DNA from: Aeromonas phage AerS_266
Direction: 5' to 3' (one strand)
DNA length: 40,000 nt
Sequence record: OR496884.1
A program made the translations under genes and the position numbers. The notes beneath the pieces are model-generated. The model saw only the letters and a list, made by a program, of their open reading frames with translations, ran no database searches and was not told the DNA's origin. Below, piece after piece: positions 26,743-36,688 of this stretch. Each line of letters begins with the position of its first letter. Position 1 is the stretch's first letter.

Positions 26743-27891
26743 CTATCTTTTCATCAACCAATAATGAACAAGTACACCTACACACTCTTTCTTACTCAGA
26801 CAATAAACGTTTTCAAATTTAACAAACGTTTCGGTTTGACGAGTAAGATAAAGATAAAGTACACGCCGGATATCCAACTTGGATTTCTTATGGCAAACTT
26901 CCGTTAACTTTTCACGAACCTCCCAAATAGTTAATTCAGGATAGTCATATAACTTTAGTAAATCTTCTTCAGTTTTTATTTCCAGACTTGGAAGATTAAT
27001 GACTTCATCTATTTGTTTTTCTTGATGAAAACGATTTTTACCTTCAATATAAAGTTGTTCAAACATATCTAGGTAAGGTTCGTTTTCAATTAAAAATCCA
27101 TAATGTTCAAGGTGTGGAAGAACATCTTTCTCTGAAACAAATTCAAACTTTTTAAACGCTTCTTTGCAGTCATCAATGATCTCTTGTTTAGAGCAGGTAT
27201 ACCAGTCGGCGTATGTTAACGTGTTAACTAACTTATCAGCAACAGTTGAGCTTGAAATAACTTTGAACTCATTGCATTTTTTATACAACACCAAGCGCCA
27301 AACAGATCCATAAATTAAAGGTGTTAATTCTTTAATATTTATCAAAGGTGGCATTGTCGACAATAATAAATCTATTTCTTTAGTTAAAAGGGATTGGTAT
27401 TTTTGAACGAACCGTTTATAATAATCAGTCTCTGCCGTCCATTTCAGAGTTTCTAACTCCGCGACCAGTTCGTCGAAACTATGAGTGTTTGTTTCTGCTA
27501 TAAATACTTTCCAAGGTATAATCCCGTATATAAAATCATTAAATCCCATATGAATTAATGATTTATAAATGCTCTCAAAACACTGTAAAGCAAACGGTTC
27601 ATCCAACACCTTACGTTTTATTTCACTAACACAATCATAAAGAAATGACGTATCCTGAGATTCATTTATTAGTTCAAGCGCTGCGTTTATAACTCTAGAT
27701 ACATTCTCCGGAGAGAGATCCATAATCTCAAAACTTTGCGTATTAGTTAATTGTTCTTTTAAATAAGAAAATATCTTTGTTCCATCATCGGGAAGAGAAG
27801 AGTCGTCATAAGCTTTACGTGGATAAAGTTTGATATTACAAACCAATGTTGCAATAACTTTATCTAACGGATCAATTGCGGTGATATCCAT
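26743..27891 (-). CDS. Uncharacterised 382-aa protein
   Basis: Long ORF followed by terminator. Confidence 0.75.
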   Translation of the reverse strand: MDITAIDPLDKVIATLVCNIKLYPRKAYDDSSLPDDGTKIFSYLKEQLTNTQSFEIMDLSPENVSRVINAALELINESQDTSFLYDCVSEIKRKVLDEPFALQCFESIYKSLIHMGFNDFIYGIIPWKVFIAETNTHSFDELVAELETLKWTAETDYYKRFVQKYQSLLTKEIDLLLSTMPPLINIKELTPLIYGSVWRLVLYKKCNEFKVISSSTVADKLVNTLTYADWYTCSKQEIIDDCKEAFKKFEFVSEKDVLPHLEHYGFLIENEPYLDMFEQLYIEGKNRFHQEKQIDEVINLPSLEIKTEEDLLKLYDYPELTIWEVREKLTEVCHKKSKLDIRRVLYLYLTRQTETFVKFENVYCLSKKECVGVLVHYWLMKR

Positions 27892-27904
27892 TCTTATTCC
27901 TTAA

Positions 27905-28561
27905 TTAAATATTGTCATGTTGAATTAATGCAAAGGGTAAATAGTGTTCTGCTAGCTTCTTCCCTTCTTCTGAAAAGTATTCTGTTGTACTTATAAATTC
28001 TTTATTACGGCTAATAAACTCTCTAAGAGTATAGATCCCGATTTTAGGGCCCCATGCTAAGAAAAGACGGTTGATGGTTTGCTCGTTACAAAATACCAAA
28101 CTGTAAAGAATGTCAGCGTCTCTTAATATTGCTTCTAAACGATTTTCAGGAGGTGTTTGGTAAGGATATAAGGTACCCTTGATTAATTCAATAACTTTTG
28201 ATTTAAAGCTGTTTGATCCATAGTAATCGAGTTCAAACACATTAATAGCAGTAACAATGTTACCTACGTCATCTCTTGGGTTATGGTAATCAATGTCATG
28301 ATGAATTGCTGCAACTACTGTTGCTTCTAAATCAGGGTCATCTCCTAACATTTTCTCTACCATCATAGCAACACCCACTAGGTGGGAAATGGAATGGTAC
28401 GGACAATTCCATTGACGTTTACTTTTTAGTAAAGATAACTGTTTATCCCACCTAAGTAGAAAGGATTCAACATTAAACTCGTTCAAGCCAAATAAGACAT
28501 TTTCTTCTTTGAGTTTATTCAAAATAATATCATCTTTAATCTGCATGTCTAAAAGCCTCAA
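27905..28561 (-). CDS. HD-domain phosphohydrolase-like protein
   Basis: YHSISHLVGVAMMVEKM...AAIHHDIDYH...ILRDADILYSLVF. Confidence 0.7.
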   Translation of the reverse strand: MRLLDMQIKDDIILNKLKEENVLFGLNEFNVESFLLRWDKQLSLLKSKRQWNCPYHSISHLVGVAMMVEKMLGDDPDLEATVVAAIHHDIDYHNPRDDVGNIVTAINVFELDYYGSNSFKSKVIELIKGTLYPYQTPPENRLEAILRDADILYSLVFCNEQTINRLFLAWGPKIGIYTLREFISRNKEFISTTEYFSEEGKKLAEHYLPFALIQHDNI

Positions 28562-29192
28562 TTGATTTTTGTACTTTAATTTCTGTTTTCATTTTCTTTT
28601 TACGCAACAGTTCAAAAATGATTCCACCTGTGTGACTATAATAATCCGCGCAGTGTAGTTTGGGAGATATGAATTCTTCCCAAAGTTGCTTATAATCCTG
28701 TTCTTCAAGTCCAAGCAATTCTATCATATTTCTAAAATTAATTTGGAGCGGACTTAAATACATGTCCGCAGCTGGATAATTAAAATTATCTTTTTCAAAA
28801 TAATAAAGAACAGCTTCTGCAAGTTCAATTTCAGATAGTTCTGTGTGGATTGTTCGATAATCAAGTTTCCAATAAACAAAGATAAAATTAATAAACTCGT
28901 TGTTATTCAATATCAAATCGATATAGGTTTGAAGTTTATCTTCTTGAATAACACCATTTTCAAATTGTTTAATAAGGTCCCGTAACGCGCCAGGTATGTT
29001 ATCTATGTATTCTCTCCAGCCTGCCGGGGGAATAGAAAGTATAGTTTCAAGCTCCTTATAACTACCAACTTTAAGGTCACCGCTTATACGCATATTCGAT
29101 TGTTTCAATGCGTAACGGGTAAAATAAATTATTTCTTGTATTGCAGCCACTTTATCTTTCTGTTTAAACACTTCAAGTATTTTATCAAACAT
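28536..29192 (-). CDS. Uncharacterised protein
   Basis: 218-aa ORF. Confidence 0.65.
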   Translation of the reverse strand: MFDKILEVFKQKDKVAAIQEIIYFTRYALKQSNMRISGDLKVGSYKELETILSIPPAGWREYIDNIPGALRDLIKQFENGVIQEDKLQTYIDLILNNNEFINFIFVYWKLDYRTIHTELSEIELAEAVLYYFEKDNFNYPAADMYLSPLQINFRNMIELLGLEEQDYKQLWEEFISPKLHCADYYSHTGGIIFELLRKKKMKTEIKVQKSIEAFRHAD

Positions 29193-29263
29193 TGCAATTC
29201 CTTAAATAAAAATAAAATTGTTAATAGGGTATCTAGTGGAACTCCACTAGATACCCATTTTAG

Positions 29264-29764
29264 TTATTGGATATTGATTGTCTCAATTGAAAAATCAATT
29301 GTGTTAATTATTTCAATTTTACTGACATCTTTGAACTCTAGACTTTTTGTTTCAATAAACTTTTTCAGCTTGTTAATGTGTGGAGGTGAGAATTTTTCTG
29401 TTGTGAATCCAAACTCACCTAAACTAATATATCCATAGTCAAGATGATCTCGACTAACCGATCCAAATAAACCGTTGACATAAGTTACTTTAATAAAATA
29501 ATAAACATGTTCTTTTTGACTCGCAACCAATTCGGCAAATCGATTAATGACCAAAAATCTCATTTCACTAAAATCGAGTGGCTTATATTTATTAATAAAT
29601 GTTCCAAGCTGGTTGTTTTCTGGGAAAGTAAAAATTCTAATTGGGGTGGCGTATTCAGATTCGGCGATATAGTATTTCAACTCGTTATCAACATACACGC
29701 CGACTTGATTACTTCCGTACATTTTAACATTGTTTTCAATTTTGCTAAAGGTGATATTAGACAT
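29264..29764 (-). CDS. Uncharacterised protein
   Basis: 166-aa ORF downstream of promoter-like motif. Confidence 0.65.
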   Translation of the reverse strand: MSNITFSKIENNVKMYGSNQVGVYVDNELKYYIAESEYATPIRIFTFPENNQLGTFINKYKPLDFSEMRFLVINRFAELVASQKEHVYYFIKVTYVNGLFGSVSRDHLDYGYISLGEFGFTTEKFSPPHINKLKKFIETKSLEFKDVSKIEIINTIDFSIETINIQ

Positions 29765-29820
29765 GTTATTTTCCTTTTCTAAATAGAGGATTAATTAATC
29801 ATTATGTAATGTTTACATTG

Positions 29821-29835
29821 TAATGATATCTGTTT
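29821..29835 (-). promoter_or_regulatory. Phage promoter-like motif (AAACAGATATCATTA)
   Basis: Recurrent motif. Confidence 0.45.
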
Positions 29836-30421
29836 AATTTTTAATGGATGTTAAGGGTGAATAGTAATTGACAACTTCTTCCCTAAAATGTTCAACAGCA
29901 CAATAAAAATCAATGCTTATTTTATATTGGTGTTGAAGAAAAACAGGGTCATAACCCCAGCCATGCTTTTTAAGAGGTGTTTTAATTATTTTACGCAACA
30001 TGATTTCTGTAGATCTAAAATTAGGAAGTATGGACATTTCCCATTGATCGCTATTATATTCAAATCGAATATACTGACCGGTAACATTTGGGAAATTAAC
30101 CAACTTTCTTAAGTTGTTTTGAAGCATGATGGTTAAATCGCAAATGGTATCTTTACCGTTTGTTAACATCAGAGTTTTGCTGTTTTCATCAACCAACCCA
30201 CATGTCCAAACAACTTCGTTATTTTCTTTATCTTCCGATATCTCTTCAGCATAAAGAAAAATACAATTACCTTTGATGTGGTTAAATCCTTCTGGAGCAG
30301 AAGTAGTTAATGTAATTTCTTTTTCAGCTACCGCAAGTTTGCCTTCTGCTACAAAGAAGTTTTTACCTGATAATTTTCTTGCTTGATGGATATCAATAGA
30401 CTCAACTTGTATAGCGATCAT
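29834..30421 (-). CDS. Uncharacterised protein
   Basis: 195-aa ORF with GAGG-TCAAA-ATG. Confidence 0.65.
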   Translation of the reverse strand: MIAIQVESIDIHQARKLSGKNFFVAEGKLAVAEKEITLTTSAPEGFNHIKGNCIFLYAEEISEDKENNEVVWTCGLVDENSKTLMLTNGKDTICDLTIMLQNNLRKLVNFPNVTGQYIRFEYNSDQWEMSILPNFRSTEIMLRKIIKTPLKKHGWGYDPVFLQHQYKISIDFYCAVEHFREEVVNYYSPLTSIKN

Positions 30422-30572
30422 TTTGACCTCTTATTTCAAATTTATGTTTAAGGCTAACTGCTTTAGCTTTATCATACAAAGCTTTTAAAGTAGCTCTTTC
30501 TTTTTCTGTTTTAAGAGGTGTCGAAAACAATGGAATATAGTCGATAGTTAACATTTTGATTTTGTTATTCAT
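30402..30572 (-). CDS. Small 56-aa protein (MNNKIKMLTIDYIPLFSTPLKTEKERATLKALYDKAKAVSLKHKFEIRGQNDRYTS)
   Basis: Read by hand; GGAG-AAACC-ATG; fills a gap and overlaps next gene start; not in ORF track. Confidence 0.6.
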   Translation of the reverse strand: MNNKIKMLTIDYIPLFSTPLKTEKERATLKALYDKAKAVSLKHKFEIRGQNDRYTS

Positions 30573-30584
30573 GGTTTCTCCGCT

Positions 30585-31136
30585 TTAATTTAAAAATAAG
30601 TTTTTATCATAACCCCAGATGAGTAATACAGAAACAATCATTCCAATCAAAATGAGTGTTTCAATAATAAAACGTTTTGCTGGTTTTTCTACTTCTGGTG
30701 TGGATTCTGTTTCCTTATTTTCATCAAAGTCTATAAACTTATCAGTGTTCTTATACTGAGGAAGCCAAAGTGCAAGGGATTCGACATTTAACTTTCGTGC
30801 TGCTGAAATCGAATTTGGCTTAATGTCAAAATCTTTACTTAAAGGCCCGTTAAGAGATGGCATTATAGAACTCAATCCCCGACCTAAGAAAACGGACTCA
30901 AGGGTTTTAAATGGAGTGATGTGAAAAACGGGGCAACCGAATGATTCAGTACGGCGGAAATAAAGATCACAATTTTCTAATTTAGGAAGATATCCAAGAT
31001 TAAATCGCTCACGCCATCCTTCTAAATTTAACATGTATTTGCTGAACATTACTTGACGGTCATGTTCGTTAACATAGCAAAAGAATTGATCAGTTAAGTC
31101 GTTAAGATAGTACAGTTGTTTAATGGAATCTTTCAT
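30585..31136 (-). CDS. Uncharacterised C-terminally membrane-anchored protein
   Basis: FIIETLILIGMIVSVLLIWGY near C-terminus. Confidence 0.65.
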   Translation of the reverse strand: MKDSIKQLYYLNDLTDQFFCYVNEHDRQVMFSKYMLNLEGWRERFNLGYLPKLENCDLYFRRTESFGCPVFHITPFKTLESVFLGRGLSSIMPSLNGPLSKDFDIKPNSISAARKLNVESLALWLPQYKNTDKFIDFDENKETESTPEVEKPAKRFIIETLILIGMIVSVLLIWGYDKNLFLN

Positions 31137-31153
31137 TATTAACCTTCCGTGCT

Positions 31154-31834
31154 TTATTGGAAAATATACCTAACAATGTTCTTTGCTAAATAGGTGTTTA
31201 AACTTCGACAATTAGTTCCAAATTTAACATTCATTGAAATCGGTTTAATTTTCTCTGAATGAACATTATTAAAGACACTAAACAAAATAACAGGTATCAT
31301 ACCTTCAGTAGTTTCACCGGTTATTGTAACACCACCAAAAACGTTCCAGAACGCTTTATAATCGTTAGTGAGATAAAACTTACACACTGTGTCATCTAAA
31401 TAAAAAGAAACACGCTTGGGACGTTTGAGGAGCTTATCTATTATGTTTGCTCTTTCAACCACTACACCATTTTGAAGTGAGTCTCTGATATAATCAAAAT
31501 AACTATTTTCCAGATGTTCTTTGTAAACACTGACTCCCAGTTGATTCATTATTTTATTTATTTGCTCTTGTTTGAACAAATTACCTAATGCAGATAAAGT
31601 AACAATTTGTTCATTTTTATTTATCATGTCGATTATTTTAATCGAATAGATATGATTTTTATTGCGCAATAAAATAAAGGTATAATTTAATACCTCTCCT
31701 ATTTTTATTACCAATGTTCCTTTCTTTTCTCCAATTACCTTGAGTAACGTTTCCCTTGCCTTTTCATGTTTCATGTACAAAGGGAAAAAGAACAAGTAAA
31801 TCGCTATTTCACGATAGTAATTAAATTCTTTCAT
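31154..31834 (-). CDS. Uncharacterised protein
   Basis: 226-aa ORF. Confidence 0.65.
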   Translation of the reverse strand: MKEFNYYREIAIYLFFFPLYMKHEKARETLLKVIGEKKGTLVIKIGEVLNYTFILLRNKNHIYSIKIIDMINKNEQIVTLSALGNLFKQEQINKIMNQLGVSVYKEHLENSYFDYIRDSLQNGVVVERANIIDKLLKRPKRVSFYLDDTVCKFYLTNDYKAFWNVFGGVTITGETTEGMIPVILFSVFNNVHSEKIKPISMNVKFGTNCRSLNTYLAKNIVRYIFQ

Positions 31835-31850
31835 AATTTCTTTTTATCCT

Positions 31851-32354
31851 TTATTGAAAAATGACTTCTAAGTTCTCACCCGCTTCTGTGTTAATATAAA
31901 CTTGCCACAACACAGTGCTTAATTTATCCATCTTTTCTTTTTCCATTTCTTGCAAAATGGTGTCAACACCTTCTCCTTCAAATTCCCTTTCAACTTCTTC
32001 TCTGATCTCTGGACAATCAAATATTGTATCAAAGTTATTTTGAAATATTAGCGTTCCAATTTCTTTGATCAATACCTTTCTGTAAATCTCTGTCTTAACT
32101 GTAAATGGTGCTGCAATTTCTTCATCTCTGATTTTTCTTTCAATAACCTTTTGAGCCTTTACCACACCCATGTTGGTGATTTTCACTGTAGCAACACCAT
32201 CCTTTCTAATTAACTCAATCCCTCTTCCTACCATCTCTTTTTCAACATTATTGAACACAATCAACCCTGCATCTTTTTTGTTATCGAAGAAACGTATTAC
32301 GGTAAACATACAGGTGTCAACAGCTTGCTTTACTTCTTTGAGTGTCATTTTCAT
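31851..32354 (-). CDS. Uncharacterised protein
   Basis: 167-aa ORF. Confidence 0.65.
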   Translation of the reverse strand: MKMTLKEVKQAVDTCMFTVIRFFDNKKDAGLIVFNNVEKEMVGRGIELIRKDGVATVKITNMGVVKAQKVIERKIRDEEIAAPFTVKTEIYRKVLIKEIGTLIFQNNFDTIFDCPEIREEVEREFEGEGVDTILQEMEKEKMDKLSTVLWQVYINTEAGENLEVIFQ

Positions 32355-32395
32355 GATTGATTCCTTCTAATAACTAAATGGTGTTTATAACTTAT

Positions 32396-33106
32396 TTAAA
32401 GCACTTGTGTTTTAACCAGCTGCTTTATTTGATTAGCAATGACATTACTTATTACTTGTTTGTAATGACCTTTATTTTGTTCGGAATATCTATAAGTTTC
32501 AATACGGACTGTGGTTGGATTCTGATTGTAACTATTTTTAAGACACGACTCTGCAATAGAACCGACTATCCAACTTCCCAATGTGGATTTGATCATTGGT
32601 GTAATTTCAACAACCGTTTCTTTAGATCCATGGAATACTTGTTCAAAAAGACTAATTTGAAAGTATTGCATGATTGGAGTTTCAAATCGAGTTATGGATG
32701 GTTTTATTTTTCCATACCACGTTTTATTAAATATCCAATTTGTTCCTAACAATTCCCACCATACAGTTTTATTGAGTTTCTTTTCCCACTCATCAGGTAT
32801 ACGGGACTTTAGTACTGGATAAATCTGCATATAAAAATCTTTATCAAATTCACCACAGACTTTTCCATCTAATTCCTCAACTTTACGATTACCAACAATA
32901 GCAATTGTAAAATAACGTTGTTCTTCTAAATTCCATTTCAATTCAAATATTACATCTGAAGAACTAATAATTCTAATCATGTTTTCTTCACGATTCATTT
33001 GTGCATTAACAGACTCTACAATCTCTTCTACAACACTCAATGAAGCACAAAACCCAACCCAACTCATTAATGATGAAGTAGTTCCTTCAAAAGGCAATGA
33101 AAACAT
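32396..33106 (-). CDS. Uncharacterised protein
   Basis: 236-aa ORF downstream of promoter-like motif. Confidence 0.65.
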   Translation of the reverse strand: MFSLPFEGTTSSLMSWVGFCASLSVVEEIVESVNAQMNREENMIRIISSSDVIFELKWNLEEQRYFTIAIVGNRKVEELDGKVCGEFDKDFYMQIYPVLKSRIPDEWEKKLNKTVWWELLGTNWIFNKTWYGKIKPSITRFETPIMQYFQISLFEQVFHGSKETVVEITPMIKSTLGSWIVGSIAESCLKNSYNQNPTTVRIETYRYSEQNKGHYKQVISNVIANQIKQLVKTQVL

Positions 33107-33148
33107 AATCGTTATCCTTTTAATAAATTATTACCAAGTTATTCAAAG

Positions 33149-33163
33149 TAATAATATCTATTT
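33149..33163 (-). promoter_or_regulatory. Phage promoter-like motif (AAATAGATATTATTA)
   Basis: Recurrent motif. Confidence 0.45.
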
Positions 33164-33211
33164 GTTTATTTTTAGATATTCAATTTCTAACTAAACAAAC
33201 AAAACCCTTTC

Positions 33212-33239
33212 CCTACCCAGAGATCTCTCTCCAGATAGG
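33212..33239 (-). terminator. 12-bp hairpin with GAGA tetraloop; terminator or structured RNA
   Basis: CCUAUCUGGAGA-GAGA-UCUCUGGGUAGG read on minus strand, with G-U pairs. Confidence 0.5.
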
Positions 33240-33645
33240 TTTAATTGAATTTTCTTTTCTAATTTACTTTTTCTTTCAAACTTCTCAAATGAACTCGTAT
33301 ATGGAATAAAGGAAGTTATTCACTTCGTTCATAAGCTATCCTTATCCATATACTCATTTTCTATAATTTACTAATATAGGGTTTCACCCGGCATTGACTT
33401 GGACTTAGGTAATTGGACCCGCTCTTGACTGACGGACCCCACTTGACTGATGACCCCCTCTTTCTCCCCCTTCTACACTATTTTGGTAGCGTAAAAATAA
33501 GGAAAGAAAGTAAAGAAAAACATCAGAAAAGTAGAATTCATCAATCAAGAAAAGAAACCAATTACATATAATATATATTCACACTAAAAAATAAACAAAA
33601 ATAAACAAAAAAATAAGTGAGAGTTTCTCTCACTTATTTAATTGA

Positions 33646-34038
33646 TTAAAATGGAAGACGATTGTCGTTGACAAAAACATTTTCTGTCATTTTACGAATG
33701 TCGTCTTCACTACCAAGATCGTCCCTAATGATTTTGAAAAATCCTAGGAAAGGATAAATCAATAACTCACTAATAGGTTTCCTTTTATTGCAATTAAATA
33801 AAATACTTTTATAATGAGATTCTGGTGTTATCCAGAAAATAAAGTCTGTGTCAGGTTTTATTACACTGAAATGGAACTCTGGAAATTCTTCAATAAACTT
33901 GATTTGTTCCAAAGTAACAATTGGTTCGCCAAACTTTAATGGTGATTTTGAAACATAAACCCCTCCATTAATTTTTACGCAAAAGAATTGATCAATCAAA
34001 TCTTGAAGACTAACAAATTTACGGATACTTTCTTTCAT
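33646..34038 (-). CDS. Uncharacterised protein, N-terminally similar to 30585-31136 product
   Basis: MKESIRKFVSLQDLIDQFFC vs MKDSIKQLYYLNDLTDQFFC. Confidence 0.65.
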   Translation of the reverse strand: MKESIRKFVSLQDLIDQFFCVKINGGVYVSKSPLKFGEPIVTLEQIKFIEEFPEFHFSVIKPDTDFIFWITPESHYKSILFNCNKRKPISELLIYPFLGFFKIIRDDLGSEDDIRKMTENVFVNDNRLPF

Positions 34039-34090
34039 AAGTCCTTCCTGATAAATTAAAAATACAAATGGGGGTGTTGTATTTTTGTAT

Positions 34091-34588
34091 CTACAGTGTT
34101 AAAACTATTGACGTATTTTGAAAAAGATTTAACGAATAATAATCATTGGTGATTTCGGTCATAGGTCCTTTGCACCAAGGTTTCCAATCATTGGTTTTTA
34201 TTTCAAAAACGTTATCTCTTTTTGCAAACGCTCTCAGCCGTTCATACGTTTCTTTGGTAAACTTATGATCTGGTTGGAAAATGTCATCAATTCCATGAAC
34301 GGTCAATACTTTTTGAAACATGTATTGTTGAACAAGGTTAGCGACAGCAGACATCCCATGGTAATGAAACTGTTCCAAATCAAGTTTACCCAAAAGACTC
34401 TCTTTACGTGTTGGCGTATCGACAAGACTAACTTCAAAAGTTTCTTTACTTATCCGTTTGACATTAACTGAAAACATTTCAGTTAACTTATAAAACATAG
34501 AAAACCCGATTTTTGTTTCAATTACGGGGAGTGAAATCAGTTGTTTAAAAACACTTAATGGGGTGACCGTGGACATATCTAACTCCAT
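34091..34588 (-). CDS. Uncharacterised protein
   Basis: 165-aa ORF. Confidence 0.65.
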   Translation of the reverse strand: MELDMSTVTPLSVFKQLISLPVIETKIGFSMFYKLTEMFSVNVKRISKETFEVSLVDTPTRKESLLGKLDLEQFHYHGMSAVANLVQQYMFQKVLTVHGIDDIFQPDHKFTKETYERLRAFAKRDNVFEIKTNDWKPWCKGPMTEITNDYYSLNLFQNTSIVLTL

Positions 34589-34591
34589 TTA

Positions 34592-35239
34592 TTAACTAAG
34601 AGAAATGCTCGATTGAGTTGGAATAATGATATTCCAGTTATCTTCGTTATAAAGCAAAGTCATTGTCAGTGCAGTAGTGAGGACATTGTTAAAGTAACCA
34701 GCGTCTACGTTAAAATAACTGTTCCCTGTTTTATTACTCATTGTTGTCTCCCAAACGACAACTCCGTATTTATTGGTCACTACGTAGTTTACTGTTTTAG
34801 CAGTGCTTTTAATGTGCAGACCGTTAAGCTTTCCTGATTTTAAGAAATCAAGGAAAAGATTCCCTTTGAAATTACCGTTACGAACATAAACAGAATTCTT
34901 TACCAAACTGTTAATAAACGTAATAAAAATAAGTTCATAGCAAGCGTCAACACTTTCCTCCATAAGGTTGCCATTTGCAAAGAAATTCAGTTCGGTAAAA
35001 AACCCGATAGTTTCACTTACTCTAATTTGCATTTCTTCAGGTAAAGGTGACATAATCAAACCAAACCTGATTGCCTTGTCGTTTTCAGAAAACGTAGTTA
35101 AAGAAATTCTTAATTGTTTATGAATCTCTTTAACGTCTAAATTAACTTCAGTAGTTTCAGTACCTGCAGAAGCCACAGTACGAATGGCTTGTTTAATTTG
35201 CTCTTTATATTGAACAATTTCATTGACATTTTTAAACAT
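34592..35239 (-). CDS. Uncharacterised protein
   Basis: 215-aa ORF. Confidence 0.65.
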   Translation of the reverse strand: MFKNVNEIVQYKEQIKQAIRTVASAGTETTEVNLDVKEIHKQLRISLTTFSENDKAIRFGLIMSPLPEEMQIRVSETIGFFTELNFFANGNLMEESVDACYELIFITFINSLVKNSVYVRNGNFKGNLFLDFLKSGKLNGLHIKSTAKTVNYVVTNKYGVVVWETTMSNKTGNSYFNVDAGYFNNVLTTALTMTLLYNEDNWNIIIPTQSSISLS

Positions 35240-35299
35240 GATGAAGATTCCTAAAATTAGTTGTTAAGGCTTAGGTGAGGAATCCCTCACCTAAGCAAT

Positions 35300-36142
35300 T
35301 TAGTTATTAATATTGAAATGGTCAAAATAGAAACTCAAAGCTGTTTCAAAATGTTCTTTTATGTATTTATTTTCAGGTGTTACAATAAACGCAACTGAAA
35401 CCTGAAGTGTTGTTTCATGAAGAACAGTTTCATTGTCTTTACTCAGCACAGAAAACTTTATTTGCACCGGACCGTCTTTTTCAACAACAATACTTCCAAA
35501 CTCCAATGGGATGATCGTTTTGTCACGTTCCATCACAATGGTGTTCAAATCCATTCCTGTGTTATCAGTGAATACTTTATCCAATTCACTAATTTTACCT
35601 GAACCTACAATTCGGGTAACTGCACCAGCTAGTTGATATCGAACACTTTGTTTAAATTTGCTAAAATCTTTAAGTTTACTGTTAACGTATTTAAAGGCTT
35701 GTTCAATCTTTTCTACTACAAACAACATGTTGAACAGTTCTTTAATTTGATTTTCAGAATGTGGGTTAGCATATTTATACAAATTGTGAGGTGTTTCTTC
35801 ATCTCCCCCTACACTTTTGGAAAATGCCTGGGATATCCCATCTTTTATTTGTTTTTCTCTTTCTGAAGAAATTGAATCAGTAACTTCGTTTCCAATGTAC
35901 ATTTGTACTGTTTGGTTACGCGGTGCTTGAATAATAAAAGGAGTGTTACCAACAACACCTGCATAAAACAAAGACCCCAAAGTGTGGGAAACAGAAAACT
36001 GGTATTTGATACCGTCAAACGTTCCGGTATGTTCACTCTGACCTTGGTGTTCAGGAGAAAAGACGTTGTTGTCTTTCAAAGTCTCTTTCCAAACAGTTAC
36101 CATTGGAGATTGAACGATTTCGATATTTTTAATATTAAACAT
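35300..36142 (-). CDS. Uncharacterised protein
   Basis: 280-aa ORF. Confidence 0.7.
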   Translation of the reverse strand: MFNIKNIEIVQSPMVTVWKETLKDNNVFSPEHQGQSEHTGTFDGIKYQFSVSHTLGSLFYAGVVGNTPFIIQAPRNQTVQMYIGNEVTDSISSEREKQIKDGISQAFSKSVGGDEETPHNLYKYANPHSENQIKELFNMLFVVEKIEQAFKYVNSKLKDFSKFKQSVRYQLAGAVTRIVGSGKISELDKVFTDNTGMDLNTIVMERDKTIIPLEFGSIVVEKDGPVQIKFSVLSKDNETVLHETTLQVSVAFIVTPENKYIKEHFETALSFYFDHFNINN

Positions 36143-36166
36143 GTTATTTTCCTTTTCTAAATAAGG

Positions 36167-36688
36167 TTACATTTGAACAGGAATGTTCAGTAAACGTTTT
36201 GTACTGATGGACATATTCAACATAGGACCACGATATTCTTTCTTTAATTTCCAAGCGATGCTTTTCCAAAATACCCTTTGAAACTCGCTCTCGCCTGTTT
36301 TGATTTTCTCCTGGACGTTTTCATCTTTATGAATGACAAGTCCCTGTAAGAGCATCCTATCAAACATAACGTCACAAATAGCGTCATAAACAAAGTTGGT
36401 GATATGTGCCTTTGTGCTATAGTTTTTGTATTCAAATGTTCCAAGGAAATAGTGGAGATGGCCTTGTTTGATCGAATAGGTAATATCAATCAATTTTTGG
36501 TTGTTGTAAATACGGTATTTAAAATAAACATAAAAATCCAACATGATTTGAATTTTTATTACTTTACCATCTTTAAATACCTGTAGTCTATTTTCTTTTT
36601 CGAATTCAAAAACCTTAGCGTTCATTAATTCATGTAACGCTTTTAGATGTGTTCTTCCTTGAATCAATCCGTGGACAAACGTTTTCAT
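36167..36688 (-). CDS. Uncharacterised protein
   Basis: 173-aa ORF. Confidence 0.65.
   Translation of the reverse strand: MKTFVHGLIQGRTHLKALHELMNAKVFEFEKENRLQVFKDGKVIKIQIMLDFYVYFKYRIYNNQKLIDITYSIKQGHLHYFLGTFEYKNYSTKAHITNFVYDAICDVMFDRMLLQGLVIHKDENVQEKIKTGESEFQRVFWKSIAWKLKKEYRGPMLNMSISTKRLLNIPVQM

Noticed and set aside
35845-36036. 63-aa minus-strand ORF
   Set aside because: Lies in another frame of the 280-aa gene 35300-36142
36244-36489. 81-aa minus-strand ORF
   Set aside because: Nested out of frame within 36167-36688
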